Source: Bugula neritina
Lineage: Eukaryota; Animalia; Bryozoa
Assembly: GCA_964035545.1 (NCBI GenBank)
Contig: OZ037770.1
Coordinates: 12,016,442-12,080,441, forward strand
Direction of reading: 5' to 3'
DNA length: 64,000 bases
Position numbers and translations under genes: made by a program. The notes under the pieces are model-generated. The model made no database searches. It was not told the DNA's origin and worked only from the letters and a program-made list of their open reading frames with translations. Numbering within the stretch: position 1 is the stretch's first letter; the number at the start of each line of letters is the position of its first letter. Positions 28,053-40,304 of this stretch are shown one piece after another.

Positions 28053-30639
28053 ATGGGTTTTCACTTGTTGACATGCAGAATGGGTATGTCTATCATTTTT
28101 TATAAACTTAATATTTTAGCAGTGTCAATAAATAGTATAAAAGTATAAAATAATATAAATATAAATATTTATAGTAGTTAAAGCAATAACTTGTTTGTCA
28201 ATGCAACATATTGTAATGCATTTTATCATATTGTAGTGACTAGTAAAATGACGTTTTAGAAAATTGTTAAAATATAAAATAATCAACTATATAAATACAT
28301 AAATATACAATAAAAAGTACAACAGTACATATCTATATATGTATATATATATCATTTTTATTTAAATCTTGTTTTGCCTTAGCTAATATTTTTCTATCAA
28401 AATTTTTTTTGCAGCTACAAATTCTGATAATTTTAGATAAAAAATGAATTGGTGTGTTTAGTGCAAATTTTGCACAAATTATATATGTCAAAACATATTT
28501 TTCTGTTGCAATAAATCAACAATAAATATATATGTAAACAAGTATATCTGTATAATATAATAGTTCATTAACCAGCTAATAAATTGGTTAATCTTTTTAA
28601 AAGCTGAATTACAACTAATACTAAACATTAATTAGACATTGTATTACTGATAAGTTAATGTAAAGTATACAGTCATCAAGTAAAATATTATTATGTTTGA
28701 TTTGTTTTTGCCTAGTGTTTAATTGTTAAGATGCAAGATAAATATTTTGACACTTCAACATTTTGTCATTTCATTGTACAAGACTGTATGTTGCTTTTAT
28801 AATTATAATTAAAAATATCGATCATTGCTTACATAAAATACATATGGTAATGTTTTGTAGTGGTGTTGGTAGAGCTCACAGCTCTGGCAGTATTTGGTTA
28901 CCAAACTGTCCTCTACAAGAGTTATGTCATGCCAGAATCTCTCTCCAACATTTCACAACTTGACTCTGGGACAGCCATTTCTACTCTCTACTGTGGTTTT
29001 GATTGTATGAGAAGAGAAGAATGCAATGGATTCCCATATGATTGGCTAACCAAGAAGTGCTCTGTTAAGACATGTGTTAACCCTAATCTGTATTCTGAAG
29101 GACAGGGAGATGATTCTGATTTTTACATCAGAACAGATGTTGGACGCAGATCTAGCAAATTGCTAGCTAGGAGTAAGGGCATTTATTTAAAATTATTGCC
29201 TTGTATTGCTATACGTACATTTAGTCTGTTGAAAACAAATCAATTTTTGGTTTAAAACAATAATTAACTCCAACTTTAGAAGGCCTAATTTTAAATTTAA
29301 AAAAAATGTCTAGATTAAAAGCAGATCACTCCCTCACTCTACAGATAATACAAAAATACAATGGATCTTGTATATATATCTTCTAACTATAGAAGCTCAC
29401 GCACTAGATACTTTTATTTTTCAGACAAGCCAGCAAAGCTTTCCTCTGTTCACACACCTTTTGAGGCAGAAAAAGCTGTTGATGGAATTTATGAAGTAGT
29501 AAATAAATCAATGGCACACAGTAGACATGAGACTAGACCATGGTGGAGAGTAGACCTGGGAGATGTACGCTGTGTCTGGGCTGTCAACATTCTGAATAGA
29601 TATAAACGTAAGTTCAATTACATTCAAATATTATTAACATAAAACATATAATACAGATAGTGAAAATCAAAACAATTGCACCTTGATGTTAAGCACTATA
29701 AATTAGCCAGATTTCAACGCAATAACCGTTTTAAATTCTTAATCTTAGACTTTCTAGCAAATTCAATATATTTTAACAATAATAAAAATTGCCAAAGCAT
29801 GCAAACTAGAAAATCTAGCTGTTTAAATAACTATTACTTCAAAAAGATGGCTGAAATGCAACCTTTAAAAAGTTCAGAATCTATCATTAATATTGCTATA
29901 TTGAATTGTGGATTTTATTACCACAGATTTTTTTCCACAATTTAGTAGTTTTTATGCATATTATTGTTGCTTTTTGAAAAAATTGTATACTTATCATCAC
30001 AGACTGAATGAAAAAAGTGAATAATTGTGAGGGAACGTGTTGAGTGTATAATAGTCTCAAAATATTTTTTTGTCAAAATCGATGTATGCATAAGCAAAAA
30101 TATAACAAAAAATACAGTTGAAGATGTCATAATATAAAAAAAGCTTTTCCAATATGTTCTTGCAATGTCACAACGGTTATATACTAGAAACAGTTTTCTG
30201 AATTGCATGCCACATTTAACCATTGTCAAAAGGAAACCTAAAGTTTGACTCAATTTTTACAGATCAGTCAAATATCCACAGCTTTTCTATTTATTGTAGT
30301 AAAAATGTTATTTGTTTAAATTATCTTAAAAAACACATTGCATGTAAAATATTATATAGTGTCCGGCTGTACTTTTTGAAATTTATTTAATTGGGGTTTT
30401 CAGGTGTACGTTTTAGCCAGAGGGCAAAGAACACAGAAGTAACAGTTGCTATGGTAAAGGAAGATATAGAGTTTACTGGATCTAACAGAGAAGTTCTGTG
30501 TAAATATGTTGCTGGTTATCTCAACAGATACTACACTCTGATTACATGTGATCAACCAATCAGTGGCCGCTTTGTTCAGATTCTGTTTAATGTCACAGAT
30601 TGGTTAAACCTGCATGAGGTTGAAGTTCATGGTTATTAA
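28053..30639 (+). CDS. Secreted PAN/apple-like + F-type lectin (fucolectin-related) protein, paralog 1, 253 aa
   Basis: Exons 28053-28083, 28861-29172, 29425-29607, 30404-30639. Signal peptide; PAN-like CGFDC..C.GF.Y....C; F-type lectin domain LLARNKPAKLSS, AVDG (Ca site), H-x26-R, PWWRVDLG, C..TC....GRFVQI, LNLHEVEVHG. Confidence 0.88.
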
Positions 30640-30766
30640 ACATGTACTATAGGTTACTGCTGGGTTTACAGTGCGTCTATAGGTGAACTATATAGTGAAT
30701 TGGTATACAATTATAATCTAAGGGCTGTTGTACTTCCATATGTTTTTCTTATTTAATGTTGAGAAT

Positions 30767-31548
30767 CACGGGCTTTCCATGTACCGATCGATCTCAGCAA
30801 GATCGATCTGAGACATGTGCTCAGGTCGATCGTTTTTCCATGAGAGTGTCAGATCGATCTAGCGGAGTTGCCTCCTCTTAAGTGAAGAGTACTTTAATAA
30901 CATAATTTTTTCACTCACTTGAGTGATAAAAGCTACCGCTGTTGAAAAACAAAATTTGCATAGTCTAAAAATTAACGTCAGCTATAAACTCTACGCAGTA
31001 AAGCTTTTAGTATGAAGTAATTTGGCCAATTTAATGTAATTAATTTTAATATTTTCGCTTGACAGCTTATATAAAATTAATAGCTGTTGTGCAGATTATT
31101 AATAAACTTACGGGACTATTAGGCTTAAAACTATGCAGCAAACAACTAATGACAGTGCGTTATACTAGTCGTTTAAGTTCAATTTAAATGCTCTCACTTT
31201 TTGTATCTTCTACCGTCTATAATTTTACATGATTAAGTTTTCCTAACCATTTTACTGAAAGTCAAAGTTTTACCACTTGAAAAAGTGGCTATCCTGATTA
31301 TTAAATACCTTGCTTAGTAATTAACAATAAGTTATCATTTTTATTAGCAGACAACATTTTAGCGAGCAGTCATTTTTCTACTTCTCGGATCGATCTTTCA
31401 TCTTTCCATAGTCTTATTGCCTTGAGATCGATCTGAGTTCGAGCTCTACAGACCGACCAGCTCAGAACGACTGAGATCGATTTTTGACGTCTTTCCATGG
31501 ATCGATCTCAGCGAGATCGATCTGAGATCGGTACATGGAAAGCCAGTG
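30767..31548. mobile_element. Non-autonomous CACTA/CMC-type DNA transposon, 782 bp
   Basis: TIR CAC(G/T)GGCTTTCCATGTACCGATC at both ends; 3-bp TSD AAT (30764-30766, 31549-31551); subterminal GATCGATC repeats. The empty site GTTGAAAATGAAG is present in the paralogous region at about 37620. Confidence 0.85.
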
Positions 31549-32261
31549 AATGAATCTTCCCCAAAGCAAATGACATAACTAATAGACAAGCTCATTTAGT
31601 ACAAGAAGAATAAGCAAGGCTAATCAATGACTCAAAACTAACATGTATATTATTATACTCCATATTCAACAGCGACAACCTTTTATAATACCATGTGTTG
31701 TATTGTAAGCTATTTTTCTTTACATTGCTTTATTGGTTAATATAATTCTATTTATTCCATTAACTTGATTGTCCGGTCAGTTTGATAGTGAATTGCATCT
31801 ATGTGATTATAGTTATAGCTGTAACATCTGAAATGTGGTAATTGTGTTGCGCTACACATGACTGCCTGTAAGTTTTGATATTGGTTTTCTATAATGCTTA
31901 TATTATTTTACATATATTGCATTTCACATATCAATCTATTTAAAACATTTATTTGCTGTGAGAAGATGGAGTGTTGATTTGGATATAAGTTATGATGAAT
32001 GCTTTTTGATGGTGAATATGTGTTATGCCACTGTAAATTGTATCACATTTATAAAATCTGGGTGTTATTCTAAAGCTAACTCATAATTTGTCATACATAT
32101 ATTATATATAATATAAATGTTTGAAATATCAAATTAAATTTATTTTTGCTCATATAAGTAATTAGAAAAAAAATCTTTAAGCAATATTAAGGAAATGTTA
32201 AACAAATAACTATTTGAATAAATATTCAAGACTAAACGCATTCATATGTATTATATCTATA

Positions 32262-32393
<132 letters not shown>

Positions 32394-32521
32394 GTATGCT
32401 GATTGTCAATCTAGTTGGAGTTCCAGCAAAGTAAAGTGCTCGATATCACGGGTGACAGAGCTAATATAATGTAGTGTGTTCAGATTGTTAATGATACATA
32501 TATATTTTTTATTTAAAAAAT

Positions 32522-32572
32522 CTCACACGACTATATAGTTTCGTACAGTAAACTGCACTCGTCAGGTGTTAG
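32522..32572 (-). ncRNA. Type I hammerhead ribozyme (minimal PLE type)
   Basis: Minus strand reads CUAACAC-CUGACGA-GUGCAG UUUA CUGUAC-GAAA-CUAUAUAG-UC-GUGUGAG: complete core, 6-bp stem II, palindromic stem III, GUC cleavage triplet, stem I ACAC/GUGU. Confidence 0.9.
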
Positions 32573-32805
32573 ACTAAAAATAAATAAAATCTATGAAGCA
32601 TACCGATTATTCAAATTTTTACATAAAGAAAACTATCATGCTAAACACAACGTAAAACGAAATGCAAACATAGTAGTGGATTTGGTGTTATCTATTAATT
32701 AATTAAATTGCTCTTTTTCTAAAGGATTAGACTATAAAAGCTAGATGTTTGATGGAAAGGGTAATTTATAATAGGTAGTACTATGGTTGAGAATTGTTAG
32801 TATTG

Positions 32806-33978
32806 TTATGTGATGTTGCCCAGGTAGTGCTTACGTGCATGTCTGCATGTGGATAGAATCTCATTTCTGTTATTAAGGGAAGATTTGCTGGGCTGGTATA
32901 TTATGAAATATTTTTCCCATAGGCAGAGGTTGCACCTTTTAGTGACTTTGTTGTATGAGTTGGTCTTTTTCATAATTTTCCATGTTATGTCAAAATGGGT
33001 GTTCTTGTCTTTTAGTTTCCAGATATATTTGCTCAATTCACTATGGTTCTTTTTTGTTTTGTTATTAAAAGTTGATTTGTGGTTATACAATCTGGTTTTG
33101 AATTCTGTTTCTGATGTTCCCACGTAAGTCTGGGGTTGGCTGCCATCTTTGGTTGTAACTGTAGCTTGGTATATGATGCACTTTGTGAGGCATTTTCCAT
33201 CTAGTGGGCACACTGTGCTGTTTCTGCAGTTACATTCTCGAGGAGGTTGGTTTGCTGGGTTGAGTAATCTTTTATTGTGGCTGTTGATTATGTTGTTTAA
33301 ATTTCTGCAGCAGCTGTAACTGAGTTTTATGTTGTTTTTGTTGAAAATTTTGTAGAGTTTGTGATCTTTGGGTATTTCTTCCTCCAGGATTTTAAAAAAT
33401 TGTTTTCCCAGGTTGCTTGTTACACTTTTGGAGAATGGGGGGTTATACCATGTGATGTTTCGTCGTCTTTCTCTTTTTGGTCTGCTAGTGGTGTGTGTTG
33501 GCTGGAATGTTAGGTTATGTGTGTATCCACTTTTACTTAGAGCTTCTTGGTGTATTTTTGTTGTTTGACTGAAGACTTCTTCGTTAGATGAGAGATTGGA
33601 GAGCCTGTTGTTTATGGCATGTGGAATGTTTCTTGTGATATGGGGTGGATGGTTGGATTTGGAGTTTACATATAGGATTTCGCTGTTAGGTTTTACATGA
33701 GGTTTGTGTGTTCTTTTGCTAATGTCAAAATTTATATCTAGATAGTTGACGACTTTTTTGTTTACTTCAATGGTGATATTTAGATTATGTTTTTGGAAAA
33801 TTTTGCAGATTGATTTTTTAATCCTATCTATATTTTTTGCAGTGTTGTTGATTACTCCTAGGCCGTCATCACAGTATAGACCGAAGGTATTTCCAAACTT
33901 CTGGTTGATTTTATATAGTAAAAATATGCCGACCTAAGTGCAACATTCTGCACCGTCATAGCTGCCCATTGTAATGTC
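32806..33978 (-). pseudogene. Truncated PLE polyprotein: RT C-terminal half, thumb/linker and GIY-YIG endonuclease
   Basis: One frame: DITMGSYDGAECCT*VG (stop at 33934-33936), GLYCDDGL (33865-33876), VNYLDINF, SNHPP, WYNPPF, KIFNKNNIKLSYSC, CNCRNSTVCPLDGKC, IIY...YVG...FKTRLYNH, CNLCLWEK, LNNRNE..CRH. Open from 33933 to 32806; the ORF track shows only the last 135 aa. Confidence 0.9.
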
Positions 33979-34057
33979 AATGTACGAAACTATATAGTCG
34001 TGTGAGATTTTAAATAAAAAATATATATGTATCATTAACAATCTGAACACACTACAT

Positions 34058-34293
<236 letters not shown>

Positions 34294-35381
34294 CTTGATT
34301 AAATTAAAGCACTAAGATAATGCAGGGTTTTTGTAATTGACAATAATGAATCAAATATATCTAAAGCAAAACAATCATACCAAATGGATCATGTTTGGTA
34401 AAACTGAAATAAGTAGAATTCTGAATGTTGCTTATAACATACTATAGTACATACAACTGCTAGTATATATGATAATTTAAGAATGCTGAATCAATAAATA
34501 AAGCTGTTTTGATTAATTTTTCATGCTTTGAAAAAATCTTCTATTTCAATGATAGTCATTCATTACCATTTGCTTTGTAAACCTGCAAACATTACAAGGC
34601 AGTAATAACTATTTTTTCGAATTATTAGACATTCATTTAAATTCACTTTTACAAAACTTGATAAACATGTGTTAAATACTTCTTTAAAAAATATTTTGAA
34701 AGTTTACAAAATGTATACTTGTATATAACTCTGTATCAAATGTGTTGATCACTAAAGTTACATATGATATTTGTAAAGCTCTCTTTGCTTCTTCCAATCA
34801 TAAAGTTCATCATTTCAGATTAAAGAACCACGTCAACAAACTAATGGTTAGATTGATTTGCTTTTATCAACAACTCTAATGGTTTTATTTCTCTATCATG
34901 TTGCTGCTTTAATTTTCTATTTAAAAATGAAATGATTGCAATCAATATATTTCAAAAAAGAAATAATTAAAAGCAGCATCTTTTGTGACACTTATTATAA
35001 TAGCAATATGACACTCAAGATATAATATAATTTTAGCTGCTATATAGCAATATTTAATATAACTGATTGATTCACTGTTATTAAAATTTTCAACAGTTTA
35101 ATTTTTCTTTAATGTTGTTTGCTTAATTTAAGATTTTGAAATTGGATTCTTGCAATCAATATAAAGTATTTAAATATAAATAATATATTTCAAAAGGAAT
35201 AAATCAAAAGCAGGATATTTGTGCCACACTATTAAATATATCTAAAGTCAAGAATAATTACATTTGCAATGTATAAGAAGGAAAATAAAGTATTGCTTGA
35301 TTAGTTATGTAATATCTGGTTTAGCTATAAACAGCTTTCCCTCTGCTATATAAAATTACTTGGCTAGCTGATAGAAAAAAA

Positions 35382-35782
35382 ATGGGTGTGCTCTTGTTCA
35401 CATGCAGAATAGGTATGTTTATTATTCTTTATAAACTTATATTTTAGCAGTGTTAATAGATAACATAAATAATATAAATATAATTATATTTTAGAAAACA
35501 TGCAATGACTTGTTTGTCAATACAAGATATTGTACTATATTTTATCATACCGTAGTGACAAGTAAAATGAAGTTTCAGAACATTGTTAAAATATAATATA
35601 ATCAACTATATTATATAGATATCCAAGTATAAATAGCAAGAATTAGTGAAACTATGCGAGAGTTGAGTAGTGTGGAGCTATTGATATAGTTTTAGTGGTA
35701 TGGAGTAATTTTGGTACCCGAAATATTAGTAGAATTATTTTACCTATAATAAAGTAATAAATCAACAATGTTTCTCGTATAC

Positions 35783-35842
<60 letters not shown>

Positions 35843-37198
35843 ATTTTATTTAATTTCTTTCCTGTCTTAGCTAGCACTTTTTATCAAAATTTTGAACTTG
35901 CAGCTGCAAATTCTAAGAATTCTAGACAAATTAATGAATTGGTGCAACTTTTGCACAAATTATAAATTAGAAACATAATTTTCTTATAACCTAGATCGAT
36001 AATAAATATATATGTAAACAATTATATCTGTATAGTGATAGTTCATTAACTAGCCAATGAATTGGTTATTATTTTTAAAAGCTCACCTAAAGTTATACCG
36101 ATAATTAATTCTACATTGTATTACTGATAAGTTTGTGTTAAGTACACTCATCAGATAAAATTGTATTATGTTTGATTTGTTTTTGCTTAGTGTTGAGTCG
36201 TTGATGCTTAAAATAAACATTTTGACATTTCAACATTTTGCATTTTTATTGTACAAGATTGTGCGCAGCTTTGAATATTATAATTATAAATATTGACCAT
36301 TGCTCACATAAAATACATATGGTAATGTTTTGCAGTGCTGTTGGTTCAGCTTACAGTTCTGGTTGTACTAGCCTACCAGACTGTCCTCTACAAGAGTTAT
36401 GTCATGCCAGAATCTCTCTCCAACATTTCACAACATGGCTCTGGGACAGCCATTTCCACTCTCTACTGTGGCTTTGATTGTATGAGAAAAGAAGAATGCA
36501 ATGGATTCACATATGATTGGCTAACCAAGAAGTGCTCTGTTAAAACATGTGTTAACCCTAATCTGTATTCTGAAGGACAGGGAGATGATTCTGATTTCTA
36601 CATCAGAGCAGAGGTTGAAGAACGTTTCAGAAAACTATTGGCAAGGAGTAAGGGCATCTATTTAAAATCATTGCTTTGTATTTCTATACATTCAGTGTGT
36701 TGAAAACAAATCAAGTTTTAGGTTTAAAACAATAATTATTACCAACTTTAAAAAGCCTAATTTTGAAAAAATAAATTGTGTAAACTGGAAGCCTGTTACT
36801 TTACAGATAGTAAAAAAATACCATGGATCTTATAGCTATAGGAGCTTATGTACTAGAAACTTTCCCTTTCAGACAAGCCAGCAAAGCTGTCATCTGTTCT
36901 TGACTTTCATAAAGCAGAAGAAGCTGTTGATGGAATCTATGAAACATCAGATGGTTCAATGGCTCACAGTGGATTTGAGACCAGACCATGGTGGAGAGTA
37001 GACCTGGGAGATGTACACTGTGTCTGGGCTGTCAACATTCTCAACAGATATAGAAGTAAGTCAAACAGTTTGAGTGGTTACCATGGCAATGATTTGCTGA
37101 GCTTTATATCTATAACTATATCTAAATATATATCTATATCTGAGTCTATATTTATATCTATATATATATATATATATATATTATATAAATGTACATAA

Positions 37199-37235
<37 letters not shown>

Positions 37236-37483
37236 TGTTGATTCTAGAAATATCACAAAGCCAAAGATCAATCAACACAGAAGTAACAGTTGCTATGGTA
37301 GAGGAAGATATTGAGTTTACTGGATCTAACAGAGAAGTTCTGTGTAAATATGTTAATGGTTCACTCAATCAATACTACACTCTGATTACATGTGATCAAC
37401 CAATCAGTGGCCGCTTTGTTCAGATTCTGTTTAATGCCTCAACAGCTTTAAACCTCTATGAGATTGAAGTTCATGGTTATTAA
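35382..37483 (+). CDS. Secreted PAN/apple-like + F-type lectin protein, paralog 2, 253 aa
   Basis: Exons 35382-35412, 36336-36647, 36873-37055, 37248-37483, with the same exon lengths (31/312/183/236) and motifs as paralog 1. AATAAA at 37595-37600. Confidence 0.88.
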
Positions 37484-39233
37484 ACTATAAGTTCGATTTA
37501 CTGCTGGGTTTACAGTGGTCTAGGTGAACTATAGTAAATTGGTACGCAATCATAGTTTAAGAATTATTTTACTCCCTGCGTGTTTTTCTTATTTAATAAA
37601 TTTAATATAATACAGTTCTGTTGAAAATGAAGCTGCCCAAAAAGTCAATTATGTAACTACAAGACAAGCTCATTTAGTATAAGAAGGCTAAGCAAGGCTA
37701 ATCAATGACTCGAAACTAACATGTATATTATTATACTTGATATTCAACAGCGAGAACCTTCTATAATACCATGTGTTGTATTGTAAACTATTTTTCTTTA
37801 CATTGCTTTATTGGTTAATATAATTCTAGTTATTCTATTAACTTGACTGTCCGCTCAGTTTGATAGTGAATTGCATCTATGTGTGATTATAGTTATAGCT
37901 GTAACATCTGAAATGTGGTAATTGTGTTGCGCTACACTGACTGCAATTATAAGTTTTGATATTGGTTTTCTATAATGCTTATATTATTTTACATATATTG
38001 CATTTTGCATAACAATTTTCAAACATTTATTTGCTGTAAAAAGATGGAGTATTGATTAGGATACAAGTTATGGTGTATACCCTTTGGTTGTAAACCTGTG
38101 TTATGCCTTTGTAAAGTCTATCATATTTATAAAATATGTGTGTTATTCTAAAGCTAACTCATAATTTGTTATAATGCATATTATATATAATATAAATGTT
38201 TAAATTATCAAATTTAATTTGTTTTTTATTTATATAAGTAATTAGATAAAAATTTATAAGCAGCATTAAGGAAATGTTAAACAGATAATTATTTGAATAA
38301 TTAGTGAAGACTAAACGCTAAGATAATGCAGGGTTTTTGTAATTATTAATAATGAATCAAATTTCATATGAAACAAAACAATCATACTATAATAATTGAA
38401 TCAAAGTCATTTTACCAAATGGATCATGTTTGCTAAAACTGAAATAAGCAGAATTTTGATTGCTGCCTAGAACAACTTATAACAATTGCAACTACAAGTA
38501 TATAAAATAATTTAGGATTGGCAAACCAAAAAATAGAATCGTTTTGAATAATTTTTCCTGCTTTGAAAAGGAACTGCTTTATTGAAATGATAGCCATTCA
38601 GTGCCATTTGCTTTGTAAACCTGCAAAAATTAGCTATAGTAACCATATCTATTTTTCGACCGGTTCTGTAGTTTATTAGACATGCACTTAAAATTATATT
38701 TTAGAAAACTTGATCAGCAAGAATTAAATATTTCTTGAAAAATTATTTTAAAGATTTACAAAATTTATACTTGTTTATATTTCTGTATTAAGAATATAAG
38801 CCCTACAATATTTTGATCAGTAGAGTTATATATGATATTTGTAAAGCTCTCTTTTCGTTTTCCAATCATAAAGTTCATCGTTTCAGGTTAAAGAATCGCT
38901 TTAACAAACTAATGGTTAGATTGATTTGCTTTTATCAATAACTCTGATGGTTCTATTTTTCTATCATGTTGACGCTTTAATTTTCTATTTCAAAATGAAA
39001 ATGATTGCAATCAATATAAAGTGTTTAAACAAATAATATAGTTCAAAAAAAAATAATTAAAAGCAGAATCTTTTGTGACACTTATTATATTAGCAATATA
39101 GCACTCAAGATATTAGAATTTATGGAAATAGAGTGTTGCCTGGTTACGTAACATCTGGTTTAGCTATAATATGCATGCCACTTTCTCTCAGCTTGCAGAC
39201 TAAAACTAAATAGAAATATATTAGTTGTATTAA

Positions 39234-39641
39234 TGTTGTGAATTTTCGCATTCACTAATTATGGGTTATTTAAAGTTAATGCAGCACTGCCAAGTTAGAG
39301 TAGAATAACTAAGTGTTTATTTAATTCGAAAGATACTATACTATACACAAATCCACAAATACTACACACGAATAATAAAAGCACTACATAAATACAGACA
39401 GTATAATGCAACCTATCTAAGTCAATGCCGCTGTCCAACTTCGCTAGCTATTAGCTCTAAATTAGTTAGTCCCCTTCTTTGTTTCAATCGTAAGTCGGTA
39501 GTATAGTAATGTAGACACTGCTAGGCCGAGTGTATTAGAGACGCTACCCATTAGGATAACAGAATTAGAACAGAGGAATTGTCCTTTCAATATACACAGG
39601 AGCACAATTTCCTACAGTCAGATGTACATAGGGACACAACC
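39234..39641 (-). mobile_element. Possible solo LTR
   Basis: Starts TGTTGTG and ends CACAAC(C); internal minus-strand AATAAA near 39316; sits where the third lectin promoter stub stops aligning. No TSD found. Confidence 0.3.
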
Positions 39642-40304
39642 CATACATTATTAAATTTAAGACATACAAAGTATAATACGAAAATCCAAACACCATGCAT
39701 TTTCGGACAATATGGTGATTAAAACAATATTGGTCTACATGCTTATATGATGTGTGAAAGAACTAGAGCAGCAAAATTACATCTTTACAGAATTCTTTTT
39801 AAGCTTCCGTTATGTTTGTATTAGCCACTCCTATGATTTTCTCCAAGGCAATGAGCAACACAACATACTATATCTAAAGCTATTAGAAAACAAGAGTAGA
39901 GACATTTGCATGCTTGCGAATCAAACCCTTGTAAATTGCTGCTCTTAGTGCTAGAAGTACAGTAGCTAAAGAAACAAGTTATTTATAAACTACGAACCGT
40001 GTCAAGTGGGGAGATAATTACTTGGCTCTATATTCAAATATTTAGTGTTGGCTGTGCACTTTATACTATACAAGCAAGCTCCTTTATTAGCATAATTTAT
40101 GCTTTATTGAATTGTTATTAAAAATACCATTTTATAAGCAATAGTGTTAGTTTATTTTCAAACAAGTGCATAAAATAAATTTATTAGGAGCAACTACTAA
40201 AAACTAAAAAAATGTAAAAGTGCAAATTTTCTCTTCTCTTTATTTGTAATGCAAGAGTGTGTTTTGAGATAACTAAATTAATTCACGTCAAGTTGACGTA
40301 CACT

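Larger units (their letters stand above)
32464..34061 (-). mobile_element. 5'-truncated Penelope-like retroelement with inverted partial pLTR
   Basis: RT + GIY-YIG reading frame on the minus strand; 3' pLTR with hammerhead ribozyme; 33981-34061 is an inverted copy of 32464-32547; flanked by microsatellites; absent from the paralogous site at about 38318. Confidence 0.92.

Noticed and set aside
33934-33936. In-frame stop in the PLE as selenocysteine recoding
   Set aside because: The codon is TAG, not TGA, and falls at a position that is normally Leu; a simple nonsense mutation.
32464-34061. DNA transposon suggested by the roughly 81-bp terminal inverted repeats
   Set aside because: The interior encodes RT + GIY-YIG and the repeat is part of the hammerhead-bearing pLTR, so it is a Penelope-like retroelement.
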